Positions 52,201 through 64,000 of a stretch of DNA of 64,000 bases are shown piece by piece. The translations under genes and the position numbers were made by a program. Position 1 is the stretch's first letter. Each line of letters opens with the position of its first letter. The notes beneath the pieces are model-generated. The model worked only from the letters and a program-made list of their open reading frames with translations. It made no database searches and was not told the DNA's origin. The stretch comes from Phoronis australis. Taxonomy: Eukaryota > Animalia > Phoronida. The stretch is from positions 333,762 to 397,761 of the forward strand of contig NMRA01000249.1 of NCBI GenBank assembly GCA_002633005.1. Direction: 5' to 3'.

Positions 52201-54022
52201 TGTCATCCATTTTGCAGAAGAACTTCCCTTTGAGTACTTACTAGTAACATCGATTGGGTATGATTTAAAATGAAGTTAAACAAAAAATGAAATACAAAGG
52301 GTCAAGGTCGAACATCCAAAATAGGTGCAAGAATCTCCCGAATAAAGTTAAGCTGGTCATCAGGACCTTCGCAAACAACGGAAGACGATATCTGGCGAAG
52401 TTCTGAGATATTTTGTATTTTCGAAAACTTCATGTGCCTAGATTATGAAATGATCACATTTGCCAAAAAAAAAAAACACAAACACAGAGTAAAACCATCA
52501 AAACCATGAATTGTACAAAGAAGGATGATTCTGAAGTACGTGTTGGGTTTGGCATTAAAATTACACAGTTGATTTTGGGGTCAAAGCGAACACATATATA
52601 TGTTTAGGGTTGGAGTTTTTAGCTGTAGCCAGAGCAATAAACAACTAAAATCCGATGGGTTCTTGCGATTTCCAACGTTGGCTTCCACACCGTAAGTACG
52701 GTTATCTGAAATCGAGACTGGTGACCTTACTGGGTAACTACTACACCTGTACACTAACTGCAAATACTCAGTTATGAACAAATTTCTGACCCCAGAGCTT
52801 GTGGGTGCGAGCTCCTCTTAAAACTAAGGATGATATTTATCATCGGTTTTGATGTGGTTTGAAAAGAAGGAAGGAAAAAGCAAATGTCTTTTTATTGTGT
52901 CAGCCTTAGCGCGCTACATATTAAGGGGTCAAAACAAAATAAAGAAGTTATCGGCAAGCGTTTTTCATAAATTAGCAGACCTAATTCATGTCATTTAAAA
53001 TAAGGTTATTTAGTGGCCTCCATTCTAACTCGAGGGTTAAAAAATAGGCTTTGCCAACTAGCGAAATTATATATTTTCTGAAAGAAAAAAAGATATGGGA
53101 TCAGGGCTCAACATAACGAGCCCCAGGTCGCATTTGCGACTTGAATTTTGGAAATGCGAGCTGAGATTTTTGTCAGCTCGTATCAAGTTGTAAAATGCGA
53201 CGAATTCGAGCTGAGTTCTTACACTTCTCGGCAGATACCTCGCAAATATAAAGCAACTCGACCGTTATTTGGTTGCTTCCAAATCCAAATTCAAAAGAAC
53301 ACTAACCGAGAACAACCCTCCCGATGACTTGCAAGCAAGTCGCGTGAACATGGAATATGCAGAATCGATCTTTGACGCGTTTCATTGGCTAACATGTTCG
53401 GCCACTTTTGCAAAAGTTCCGGATTCGCCGAAGAAAGTTTCGGGCCACTGCATGACACGTTATAAAACGTTACAAAACAGCGATGTTTCTACTACTTCTT
53501 AAGCAATCAACTTACCAAACTTTGTGGTGGATTAATAGGGTTATTTTTCGCGTAAGATGTCCTTATTACATATACAGTACCAATATCCACGACAATATCC
53601 CTGATATCGCACTGCGGCACTGGTCAATCCCGTTGTTAGAGCGCAAGCGGTACCGGCAGACAATCGTGACTTAGAGATGTGCGTTTTTATCGCATAAGAC
53701 AGCCAAAGTGAAAATGACAAGCCTGTCAATCACTAAACGACGGCCACGTCTTTACTTTCAATTGTTAAGAAATTCTTAAGCCCCTTTACTTGTTTCTAGG
53801 GCTACGTGCGCAAAATATGATTTGTCTTCCACACGTTGTTGCCAACGTAAAGTGTAGGCCTTCTCCAGCGATTCAAGTGCTTGAACTCACACGTGCGCAC
53901 CACTTCAAAGTTGCACATCAAAAGAGAACAGCGAATGTCCTAAATGAAAGAATATACCCACTTGGCTCTGTTAAGCACCCGGGTTCCATTGGTCTATTTA
54001 AAAAAAATAATGAACTCATATA

Positions 54023-54167
54023 CATGGGCGGTGCAGCACTGAAAATAGTGGGGGGCTAAAGCTCCCTCAGTCCCCTTTGGTGCACCGCCTATAGACCATG
54101 TGCGGCTTAGCACTGAAAAAAGTGGAAGGGCGGTAGCCCCCCAGCCCCCTATGGTGCGCCACCCATG
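54023..54167. mobile_element. MITE family M1, copy 4
   Basis: CATG termini, TSD ATATA. Confidence 0.88.
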
Positions 54168-54583
54168 ATATATTTCCGGCGGTTATAAATGACCCGATGC
54201 TTTACGATATTCCACGGGACTGATATAACTCAGAACTGATATTTTCCCGTCCGATGTTTCCCGAGGTCGATGTTCCCTAAACCCCACCCCATATTCTATG
54301 CCCGTAGCCAGCTATTGCAACTAAACGGGTACTAGATGCAAAATTGTGGATACCGAACTTTTTATTTTTCACTTCATACACCCATCCTCCCGGCAGCTTT
54401 TCGCTCCCCGGACCACCGTCACCGTAAAATGTTCAGACTTCAATAGAAATAACCTTGCTCCGTATGAAGCGGGCAATTAAAAACAAAATTAATCCAGGTG
54501 GCTAAAAATCGCGCAGTGTAGGTGGCAACGACATCCAGAAAGTCACCCCTACTAGATGCAGTTTGCGTCACACAATCGTATTA

Positions 54584-54730
54584 CGTGGGCGGCGCAGCAC
54601 TGAAAAAAGTGGGGGCTAAAGCCTCCTCAGCCCCCTGCGGTGCATCGCCTATAAACCATGTGCTGCGTAGCACAGAAAAAAGTGGAGGCTATAGCCCCCA
54701 GCCCCAGCCCCCTATGGTGAGCCGCCCGAG
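54584..54730. mobile_element. MITE family M1, copy 5
   Basis: CGTGGGCGGCGCA / GCCGCCCGAG, TSD TATTA. Confidence 0.85.
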
Positions 54731-55581
54731 TATTATTATAACGTTTCCTACTGTTGCAGTCTTTTAATATCTTATTAGCGCAAACACTCAGGTTAACGAC
54801 TATGCTCACGCGCAAGCCTACTTCCTACCTTTGAAGTGTTTCATAAGCGCTCATAGATCTACTTAGCGTTCCCGCTCAGCTTTTAAGAATTCCCAATTAA
54901 GTGCCCACAATTCAGGCTAGCCCCATCATAGCGCACTATAAACGACCGCGCGTGGTTTAAAATTGACACGCAACCTACATGATGTGTCACTCTCATTTTA
55001 CACCACAAATTCAGTTTTCAAAAAACGTCTTTTCTCAATATGTAAAAACCAAATCCTGGCTTTGTTTTATACCTCCGAACGAAATTTAACACTAGTGACA
55101 CGCGTGTCGTTTTGTGAGTGACCTATTTTTCCCGTACTTGGAAGGTATTGAGGTGCAAACTCGCCATTACCCGACGGGAAACCCGCACGGAGGGAATCAG
55201 GAATTATTTCGAGGCTATTCAATTCATGGAAAACTAATTGCTGAGTACGTAAAGAGCATAAGTATCACGTTTTTGTTGTGAAATTTGCACTGAATTGTTC
55301 CCGCGCATCCAAATAGGTCATTCGTTAGAGCATCGTTTCAGGATTTTTTCGACAGGTGTTTTTCAAACGTCGAGTTACATGTAAGTTGCAAAATTTGGGC
55401 TGCGAACAAAAAATGGAGGGAATTTACACTTCAAATCAGTTTGAATCTTTAACGACTTTGATGACTGCAAATCAAACCTAGCAAAATCCCGGATACCTTT
55501 TAAACTGGCATTTTCTCCCTTTTCACATCGCAAACTCAGCTACTCGAATGCACGTGTCAGTTAGAGACAATGAGCTATATA

Positions 55582-56776
55582 CATAGAGATGACACGACAA
55601 TACTCGCAAGCCAGACAGCGCGAGACACGCGGTCCGCCATATTGATGATGGACGATTTGTAAACAAAAGCACGGTGGCCTTATGGAAGCCGGGCAATTTT
55701 CTGAATAAAATTTGAAATTTAGAATACTAAAGAGGTTTTAAAATGTTGGTAACCTAAAGCAACGTAAATACGTGACCCTTGCGTTGCTTAAACGGTCATG
55801 ATAAGGCCGAGAAAAAAATAATTTCCCAATTATTTGACCGTGAATAGCTGCCGTTATGCCATGGGATCTCTTGCCAGTTTACGAATTGCAGCGCATATAC
55901 TTTATAATAGTTTAAAAATACCTCGATGCCTTTCATAATAGCCACATGAGAATCTAGCCATTAACACATTTTGTTTGAACTAAACTTATAAATGTACAGA
56001 ACTTGATTATTAGTTGTTTACAAGCCGGATAGGGCGATCAGCTGGGGGAGACACTCCCATCAACCAGTCAGCTTTAGCCTAAAGAGATCCTACTTAATAC
56101 ATCGGGNTCCTAACAGTACACACAGTGCGATCAAAGTCAGAATCACAAAAGTGTTGGGAGCACCAAAAAACTGTACACGCTGCCATCAGGTTTGCTTCGC
56201 CGTACAGCGCGAGCCCACTGTTTCGAAGTGGTTCATCCTTAGAAAACCTACCACAAGAAATATGAAAAAATAGAAAAGACATAACAAATGACTGATAAGG
56301 CCAGACGAGGGGGTTAGAAATCCCTACTTTACACCACCCACCAGGTCACCAGGATCCATGGTTGGAAATATTAAGTCAAACAGACCCACGCCCAGTTTTG
56401 CTAAGTTGGCTATGTCTTCATAACATTAACGATGACATAATTACTTGTGAAATGTGATTTTAGAACGAATTCAAAGAACATCTGACAGTTTCAGGGTCCG
56501 CATACACAACTTCTGCCCAGTGCAACTTGAGATCGTTCATCATTATATATCAATTTTGTGAACATTCAGTCACAGTGGCGCACACCAAACACTAACAATA
56601 ACAAGCACCATGACACTATTACCTATGAAATGTGATATTTCGTTGCTTAGACTCTTCTGTCCTGGCATTTTTGCAGTTAAATGCTACACAATACACGGGC
56701 ACGACGCCCCACTATCGTCCATCAGCAAGATGGCGGACCACTTCGCACAACGAAAACCACGTGATGTCAACTCTAG
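55582..56776 (-). mobile_element. Internally deleted P-element-like transposon with a THAP remnant
   Basis: Inverted ends catagagatgaca..ggtccgccatattgatgatgg / ccatcagcaagatggcggacc..tgtcaactcta; minus-strand RFSKDEPLR...CSQHFCDSDFDRT at about 56110-56255. Confidence 0.65.
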
Positions 56777-58922
56777 TTATATTTATCTCATTGGTTAGAG
56801 AGCACTGATTCAACTTTCACGTCGGCAACTTGCCTCGCGCTCTAGAGCCTTTCAGTGGCGGTTGTGAAGAGCATTAACACCGTACCTGTATGAACGAAGT
56901 TAATTTTTCGATCTTAAATTTGTGAGTATTTAACGCTGGAAGTAAGAGCATAATTTAAACATTTTCTCGGTTATCTAAAAATCAATTTTGGCGCGTAAAA
57001 AGTTAATTTTGGCTCGTAAAAATGCCGGGAAATTTTTGCGACCTGGCATTTATTAATGCGAGCTGGATTTTGAAAATGCGACCTGACGATTTTAATAGCG
57101 TCGAGCCCTGGGGATTATAAAAATGTCTTTTGTATTTAATTGAGTTTATTATTATTACAATGTACATTAAAACCTATTAAATCAAAGTTTCATTGTTCGC
57201 AAATCCATAGCGAAATAACGCTACGGTCGATTTTAATGAATTTTTATAAATGATAACTTCATCGGTTACCTCAGTAACGCGGTTAGGGATTTCCGATTAG
57301 TCTCTTAGTTTGGTTTCTATACCAAATAAACTCGCAAAACCTAACGTATTTTTGCAAAAAAATAGCAGTCGTACTCGTATTTGTAACATTGCGCAAAAAC
57401 AAGGTCTTTATATCAAAAATCCCAGCAGCATTTTCGAATTGATGAATAAATACTAAATTTGGAAAGTTTCAGGGCAATCCACGAGAACGCGTGTTCCTAA
57501 GCTCAAATTAAGTCGATTTGCCAAAGCCGAGAAAACATCGATTAAGTTGGAAATCTCAAGGTCTTCAGAAAAATATTCGATGAAAACTTGTTTTCAGTCA
57601 ATATAAGTTATACGTGCCTTCTCCATGTTTGCTATTTTAACATTCAATTGCAATACCAACTGAATTTGTGTAGCGTAAGTATGTTATCGCTAAAACCTTA
57701 ACAGCGAAATGTCAGATTACCTATTTGAATGAAGCTATATCTCTTCTCACAAATTCCTGTGTTCGTGTACACAAATTCACAGAGCCATTAGGATACTCGG
57801 AACATTCGTTCTCAACGGACGCATGCCAACTACATGTAGACAAGCAACTCCCTCGGGATCAAAATTAAGTTTTGTTTTACTTTTCCCCGGCTTCTTTCTA
57901 TCATATGTACACCTCGTTGACTCAATATTGTGGCGACTCGGTGAATGAAAGGACTGAGGGTACATACACTGTACGGAGCTGCTCTGTGCCTGGCGAGAGA
58001 TTCATTTTCAGTGACACCCCTGTAACATTTGACCTCGGACAAGTAGTACACTGTACATGTACACAATTTTTCACACGCGGTTGTGGTGTTCCAAGTTGGT
58101 TCGGCTATTTTATTTCTCGGGCTACACAGTATATACATTGTATTCCATATTTGAAGTTTCTCGGCGATGTAGATAAGGTATTTTTCTGGACATATGTAAA
58201 ATAATGACCGAAGTAGAAGAAATTTACACCTTGGATGATACATAATTTACATTCCCGATTTAGAAACGATAGAGCTAATATGGTTGTGTTCATGAAAATA
58301 TTAAATTTTCTACAAGTGGATGTACCAATTTAAAAGAGATATCAAAATTTATGGTTGCCAACCGCCTTTAATTGCTTGCATGGCTGCTGGTCTCGTTTTC
58401 CATGAAACACGACGTCATTCCACCTTAGGCCATAGTTCCACACAGTTATACAAACAGACTATGCGCCTGACAAAAATATGTGATGAGTCTCATGCTCACA
58501 TCTGTCTGAAGTTCTAAGGTGTTAGCTCTGATCAGTATGAAATATCTAATAATTTGACAGCTATCTTTCGAGAAAACAAAACTCTGATATCAGCACAGTG
58601 CTGTAGCCTGTACACGACTTGTGGGCTGGAACGCTCTGCAAAAAATATTCGTTTCGCCGTCAACTAAATGATATGATTGATAATTTCAGTATTGAGACTT
58701 TCTTTATAAAGCTTTAAACGCTAGACTTTCAAAATTACCCAAGACCTCTTTTTATTTATTTTTTCTTAAGCCATTGCATATTCTTTTACAAACATATATC
58801 CACAACACCAAATCTTCAAAACAATTAGGCATTTTGCTGAAACTGACACACAGTTTACAAGTATTGCTGAACAGAGCAAAAATTGAAGATTCCTAAATGT
58901 TACGATCTACCATTGTTTATAG

Positions 58923-59112
58923 AATAAAGCTCTCGAAGATGAAATCGAAGGAGGTGATGAAGATAAGGAAAAGGGTTTTTTCCAAGAAGACGAAAACGAG
59001 GAACGTGGCAACTGGTCTGGAAAACTTGACTTCATCATGGCTTGCCTCGGATATGCTGTTGGGTTGGGCAACGTGTGGCGATTCCCTTACCTTTGCTTTG
59101 AAAACGGTGGAG
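58923..59112 (+). CDS. SLC6 (SNF family) Na+/Cl- dependent amino-acid transporter, glycine/proline-transporter-like; TM1 exon
   Basis: [38 protein letters not shown] is the SLC6 signature; Gly (not Asp) in TM1 indicates an amino-acid rather than monoamine transporter. Confidence 0.95.
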
Positions 59113-59913
59113 GTAAAAACTTGCAGGGTCTTGTCCAAAATAATGTCCAACGTCAATCTGGAGTCGGTATTTTAGACTTGCCAAAGCTCAGTTTCAACTC
59201 AGTTTTGACAGTTTCAAAGTAAAGTGTACAGACATCGAGGCAGAACTCTGCAAAACTTGGACTGAGGACTGACTTCTTGCCAGAACTAAATAGCAGTTAA
59301 CCAAGGTGATATTTTGTAGCTGTGAAATGCCATTTTGTCGAACGCTACTGAGAGTTTAATGTGTTTTTAGTCCTCTTGATGTTTATTGTTTTTGTGAAAC
59401 TGAAATTCATTTACAAAACAAGTTGTCGCGAATTCGACCAGCTGCATGTCGCAACACCTGTTGTTATTTTAACACAATATGAAACCTGTCCGTCCTATTT
59501 CGACTTTGTCCAATTTATTTTGTATACATGTATAGTGTGCGTTAAGCCTTCTTCAAATAAAAACAAACTGCAAGAGCTGCACATACATTTTGCTGACGAA
59601 AAAAAACAAGTGTGGTACCTTAGTTAAGTGAACTGCCTCGATCATCACTAGGGAACCACCACACATTAATGTCGTTGCTGTTTTGCCTGTTGCGTTGCAC
59701 GCATTTCTCCTGGTAGAACAATCGCGTTCAACATGCAGTGCACGGGTTAGCAGTAAAAAACATGCACGACAGCGGTACCGTTACCTTCAACTTCTTAGTT
59801 GTGACAGGTGCTTACACTATAGTTGGCGATACGGCGTCTCAGATCTGATCAATCGAGTTCAAGGTCGATGAACTTTTTCGCACATTGCTTGCAACTCGTG
59901 ATGTTCATTGCAG

Positions 59914-60045
59914 GTTCATTCTTCATTCCTTACGTTATCATGCTGTTGTTTGTCGGATTGCCGACCTTCTTTTTGGAGTTATCTTTGGGTCAGTTCTCGA
60001 GCAGTGGACCCTTACTGGCTTACAGATATGCACCCATATTATCAG
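59914..60045 (+). CDS. SLC6 transporter exon, TM2
   Basis: GSFFIPYVIMLLFVGLPTFFLELSLGQFSSSGP...PILSG; ttgcag / G|gtaaag. Confidence 0.95.
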
Positions 60046-60473
60046 GTAAAGTTAATATTTGGTCGTGATAAGATCAACTAAAATGATTACTCTAATTCCA
60101 GTCATGATAAGGCCCATTGATAATTTCGAGTGCGTCCAATTTATTCACACGGTGTTCATGTACGCTCAGTGGTTGTCAGGCGTCGGCTTAATTATTACTA
60201 AACCTGTACATGTAAACTCAAACCTTTATTGGTGGCAAGCTTCGCAGAATACGTGTTGTGATTAATATACGAGCACATACGCGTGCGCAATGTAAGCATT
60301 GGAATCGCGAGGAACATCGCGAATACTGGCGTGATCTGGTGAGGAAATCCTCCTACGGATCACGCCCAGTTCGTTTAGGTTTTAATAACATTTACTCCAA
60401 CCTTACATACTAATTTTTCCCACTGTTCCCACGAAGTCAAAAACTGACCACTTAAGACTCAGGTTAGCTTTTA

Positions 60474-62361
60474 CAGCCGATTTCATGAAGGTGGTTTACC
60501 AAATTCAGGTTTTATACTTAAACCTGCCGCTCGTTCAGTAACGCTAGGACCTCACTAATAGCAAGATTGCGAGATTACGTGAGATATTAGCCATATGACT
60601 TTGGCTAGATTTTAGCTAGGTCCTAGCGTAGGTCCTAGCGTTACTGAACGCACACCCGGTGTTCCTAATCCTGGTCTAATTTTAGACCCGACTTGCATTC
60701 CACTAACGTGGTTTTAAAGGCTGAAAACCTGGTTTTGTTAGACCAGAGAGCCGGTTTAGTAAAACCAGGTTCAAATTATACAAGCCATCTTACTGTGTCC
60801 ACCTGGTTTAACCCAACAGAGAAACTATTGAAGTGCTTCAATGAAACTTTAATCATGTGGGTATACAATGACACATACTAGCAGAATCAGTTCAGACATT
60901 TGAGAAAAAGTCTAAAAGCTTTTCTCATAAGGAAAATTCTCCCTCCCGGAACTGATCAGAAAAAATCCAATGGTATAGAGAACAAAAACTGATGCCAAAT
61001 CAAGTCAACATCAGCAGCATACTTGGAGCAGGCTGACTGCACAGTTCCCACAATCGGAGAAATGAAGCGACAAACAATTCAAGGGTATCACTGAGGCCAG
61101 AAAGAAAATTTCATCAGTGGAAAAAATGCAAAGAAAAACGGTGAGGGACTCAGTGTCAGATATAGGTTAAAAAAGGGTGCGGGTGGCCTGGTGCCTTTTT
61201 CTGTACTACGTCAGGCGTGTTTAGTCCACAAAGCCTTGTCCATTACACTAATCACCTGATTATGACTCTTTTGGCCACGTCACTGGATTCCTCATGGATA
61301 AAATCTTCCAATCTGCCTGTTTGTTTCAGAAAGGCAGAAAGACTATTAAACCTGTATGATCTAACAATGTCAACCAGGCAGGTTATGTGTTCATCATATA
61401 GTAGATTACGGTGTCAATTTTAGGCAGGGCAAATCTCCACCAGCTGTTCAGGAGTCACTGCCTCCAAGCCAAAGTTGTGACAATGAGCATGCCATGTGGC
61501 CTGTGGTGTTTAGGGCAGATATAGGTTATCATGAGGGGACATTTTTCATTTTGTAATATCTGTGCCCAACACACGTACATATATTAAAGTACATGCCCAC
61601 GACCAGCCGCAACATAATAAATGCTCCGATTTATATCCGTATCATTTTAATGTTTATTTTTTGCTTCCATGGGGTGAAGGGGGGACTTTGCACGGTAACC
61701 TAAAATCGGACCCATTGGAGGTAGTACTTAATCAAAAGAATGAGAAGTCAAACCCAGGGGAGCTTAAGACGATGACGCCCTGCTCGACCAGTCATATTCT
61801 GAGTAATGTGACGGACACCCTACAACACGTACAGGTCTATGCATAGACGGGTCCAGGGGGTCAGAGGGTCCAGGCCCTCCTTTTTCTCTTGATTTTAGTG
61901 ATATTAAATCTATGATTGTCAAGTTGTTTACTTGGACCCCCCTTTAAAAAATCCTGGATTCGACTCCCCTTCTAAAATTCCTGGAACCACCACCGCTACG
62001 TTTGGTCTTGACTCGTTGTAAAACTGAAAATAGTCCACTCTTGTTCTAAAACTGCGCCCCAAATGCACACCGTGGCATTATTCAGATGCACCTACATCGT
62101 GCAATTCTGCCATATTCAACAGTGCTTCATGTAAACCTGGGTCTGAACAAGACTTAATTTAAGCCTGATTTAAGATCTTAATACAGGTCTAAGGAATATG
62201 GTGAAATGAAAACTGAATTAGACCAGGTCTAAAGTTCAGAGTTAAAGCAGGTTTTACTAGACCTCTAGTCTAAACGTTAAACCACCTTTATGAAATGCAG
62301 ATTACCTTTTAACCTGGACTAAGTCCAGTGTAAACCAGATTTAACCTTTTGAAAACGGCTG
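60474..62361 (+). mobile_element. Non-autonomous Harbinger-like element, copy 2, in an SLC6 intron
   Basis: CAGCCGATTTCAT..GAAAACGGCTG; colinear with 15119-16729; flanks TTA/TGA. Confidence 0.75.
60527..60655. mobile_element. Small foldback MITE nested in Harbinger copy 2
   Basis: CGTTCAGTAACGCTAGGACC / GGTCCTAGCGTTACTGAACG; absent from copy 1 (aacctggtcttcc); flanked by CTG/CCG. Confidence 0.75.
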
Positions 62362-62586
62362 TGAGAGTTCACGTTAAAATTTTGCGCTAAGAAATTTTGA
62401 GCACCTGATGATTAGCAAAGGCTTTGATTTGACATTATCGTCGAGTAAAGTGATTTCCCGAGATCAGCTTCAGCGCGTAATCGAATGTGCAATCACCTGT
62501 TACATGTATGGTCGCTGTCTATTACATGTACTAATGCTGTCGGACGTGGATGCAAAATGTCTTATTGTTGTTGTTACATTTTCTAG

Positions 62587-62730
62587 GCCTTGGTATTGGA
62601 ATGGTGATAGCTTCAGGGTTAGTGTCTATATATTACAATGTGCTCATTAGCTGGGCGATGTATTACCTGGCGCTATCCTTTACTGGCAGGCTACCTTGGG
62701 ACGGATGTAGTTCAGAGTGGAACGATTATC
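62587..62730 (+). CDS. SLC6 transporter exon, TM3 and start of EL2
   Basis: GLGIGMVIASGLVSIYYNVLISWAMYYLALSFTGRLPWDGCSSEWND; ttctag / C|gtaagt. Confidence 0.95.
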
Positions 62731-63187
62731 GTAAGTTGTTAATAGCTGTTCTCTCCTGTCTCATGAGAAAGACGTAATATCGTCTTATGGAAGGACAAAT
62801 TGTCAATTTTCTGCAGATACGGCTAAGGCGTACATTTGAGAAAATGTATAGATTCTTGAATCTCAGGAAGTTACCCCTTTAAAGCCACCGTTTTGGACAG
62901 TAGAACAGTATTTGCAGCTTATTGTTTGTAAGTTTTGCGTGAATTCTATGTGTGCTATAATGGCTGTAGTGTTCTGTTGTTGACAATTTTTTACCTTTTT
63001 TCTAATGTCATGCTTAATAATAAAGTGTCCCAATGATTTTGTCACATTTTAGTAAATTTTACACTGTTGAGGGCATTGAGTTGTTTGTAATGTTTTTTCT
63101 TCATTCTTCCAAATACACTTCTGACGTACATGTAAACAACGTTCACTCCGAAGTACTGGTTTGAGAACGTCTTTTTGTGAATTTTAG

Positions 63188-63350
63188 GGTGCTCAATGAC
63201 CGTGAACGATTTTCCATGTAACGAATCCTCCATGACTGCCAATGAAACTGGAGTCTGCTACAATGGCACAGAAAAGATAGGATTGTGGAACGGAACGTTA
63301 GCTGCAAATAATTCCATCATACGACAAACACCAAGTCAGCAATACTTCAA
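63188..63350 (+). CDS. SLC6 transporter exon, extracellular loop 2
   Basis: RCSMTVNDFPCNESS...RQTPSQQYF, ending in the S/T-P-S-x-x-Y-F motif of EL2; ttttag / AA|gtacgt. Confidence 0.9.
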
Positions 63351-63483
63351 GTACGTTATCGTTATACATGTATTTATTTGTTATTATATCTCTAAACTAA
63401 CTGCTGCAAGAGTATTAGTCTTCCATCGAAGTAACTGTGTTACTGAGGATATAAGTCTGTAGTCAATGTCTTCTGCTTTCCAG

Positions 63484-63622
63484 TTATCGGCTGCTCGATT
63501 TGTCTAAATCGCCCTCTATTGATAACCTTGGTGGACTACGCTGGGAACTGTGCGTCTGCTTGCTAGCTGCATGGACACTGGTCTGTCTCTGTCTCATTAA
63601 AGGGGTGAAGTCTTCTGGCAAG
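63484..63622 (+). CDS. SLC6 transporter exon, TM4 (not in the ORF track); gene continues beyond the window
   Basis: NYRLLDLSKSPSIDNLGGLRWELCVCLLAAWTLVCLCLIKGVKSSGK|gtactc; ttccag acceptor in phase 2. Confidence 0.93.
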
Positions 63623-64000
63623 GTACTCGATGATCAGTTAAAATTGACCAAACAGCAAACAGTTTTTGCATAAACTTAACAATATACAAACATTGTGCTG
63701 CAGCGTGGTTTTACTGATGGCCCTGAACCTCAATAGGCATATAAGATTCATCTGGGCAAACCAATGGCTACGCCAAAAAACATTGTAAGGCAAGACGTTT
63801 CAAACTTGCTCAGCTCCTTTGTGCAGCTTTCAACAGAATCAGAAGCACACAAACTTGGCTGAATGTGATGCGGACAGACGTGTTTTGTTTCATTCGGTGG
63901 ACGCCGGTCTCAACATGAGTAGTTATGACGAACCGGTTAGTGATCGTTATCTTTATTGCAGCTAAAAAAAACTAGTCAAAATCATATGTTCTCGATTTTT

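Larger units (their letters stand above)
53102..57110. mobile_element. 4.0-kb non-autonomous hAT5-like element carrying nested insertions
   Basis: TIR CAGGGCTCAAC / GTCGAGCCCTG, subterminal CAGGTCGCATTT at both ends, perfect 5-bp TSD GGGAT. Confidence 0.78.

Overview
AT-rich, intron-containing animal genomic DNA, most consistent with a marine invertebrate (inference from gene content, the transposon types and TACATGTA enrichment). Most listed ORFs are spurious. Three spliced + strand genes can be assembled by hand with phase-compatible GT-AG junctions. (1,2) A tandemly duplicated pair encoding signal peptide + unrecognised ~140-aa beta-rich domain + TSP1 repeat + C-terminal TLDc domain. Copy B is complete (5 exons, 26232-35673, 376 aa); copy A shows its last three exons (2396-10096). 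(3) The 5' part of an SLC6 Na+/Cl- amino-acid transporter (probable first exon at 41246, core exons 58923-63622, continuing past the window). Introns and intergenic DNA are full of decayed and nested DNA transposons: MITEs and a 4-kb element with 5-bp TSDs (hAT5-like), two Harbinger-like elements, Kolobok-like THAP elements and two complementary P-element/THAP9 relics. Alignment of duplicated segments shows repeated TA->TACATGTA insertions that look like Tc1/mariner excision footprints. Three near-perfect duplications centred on single n bases are probably assembly artefacts. All alignments and counts were made by eye.
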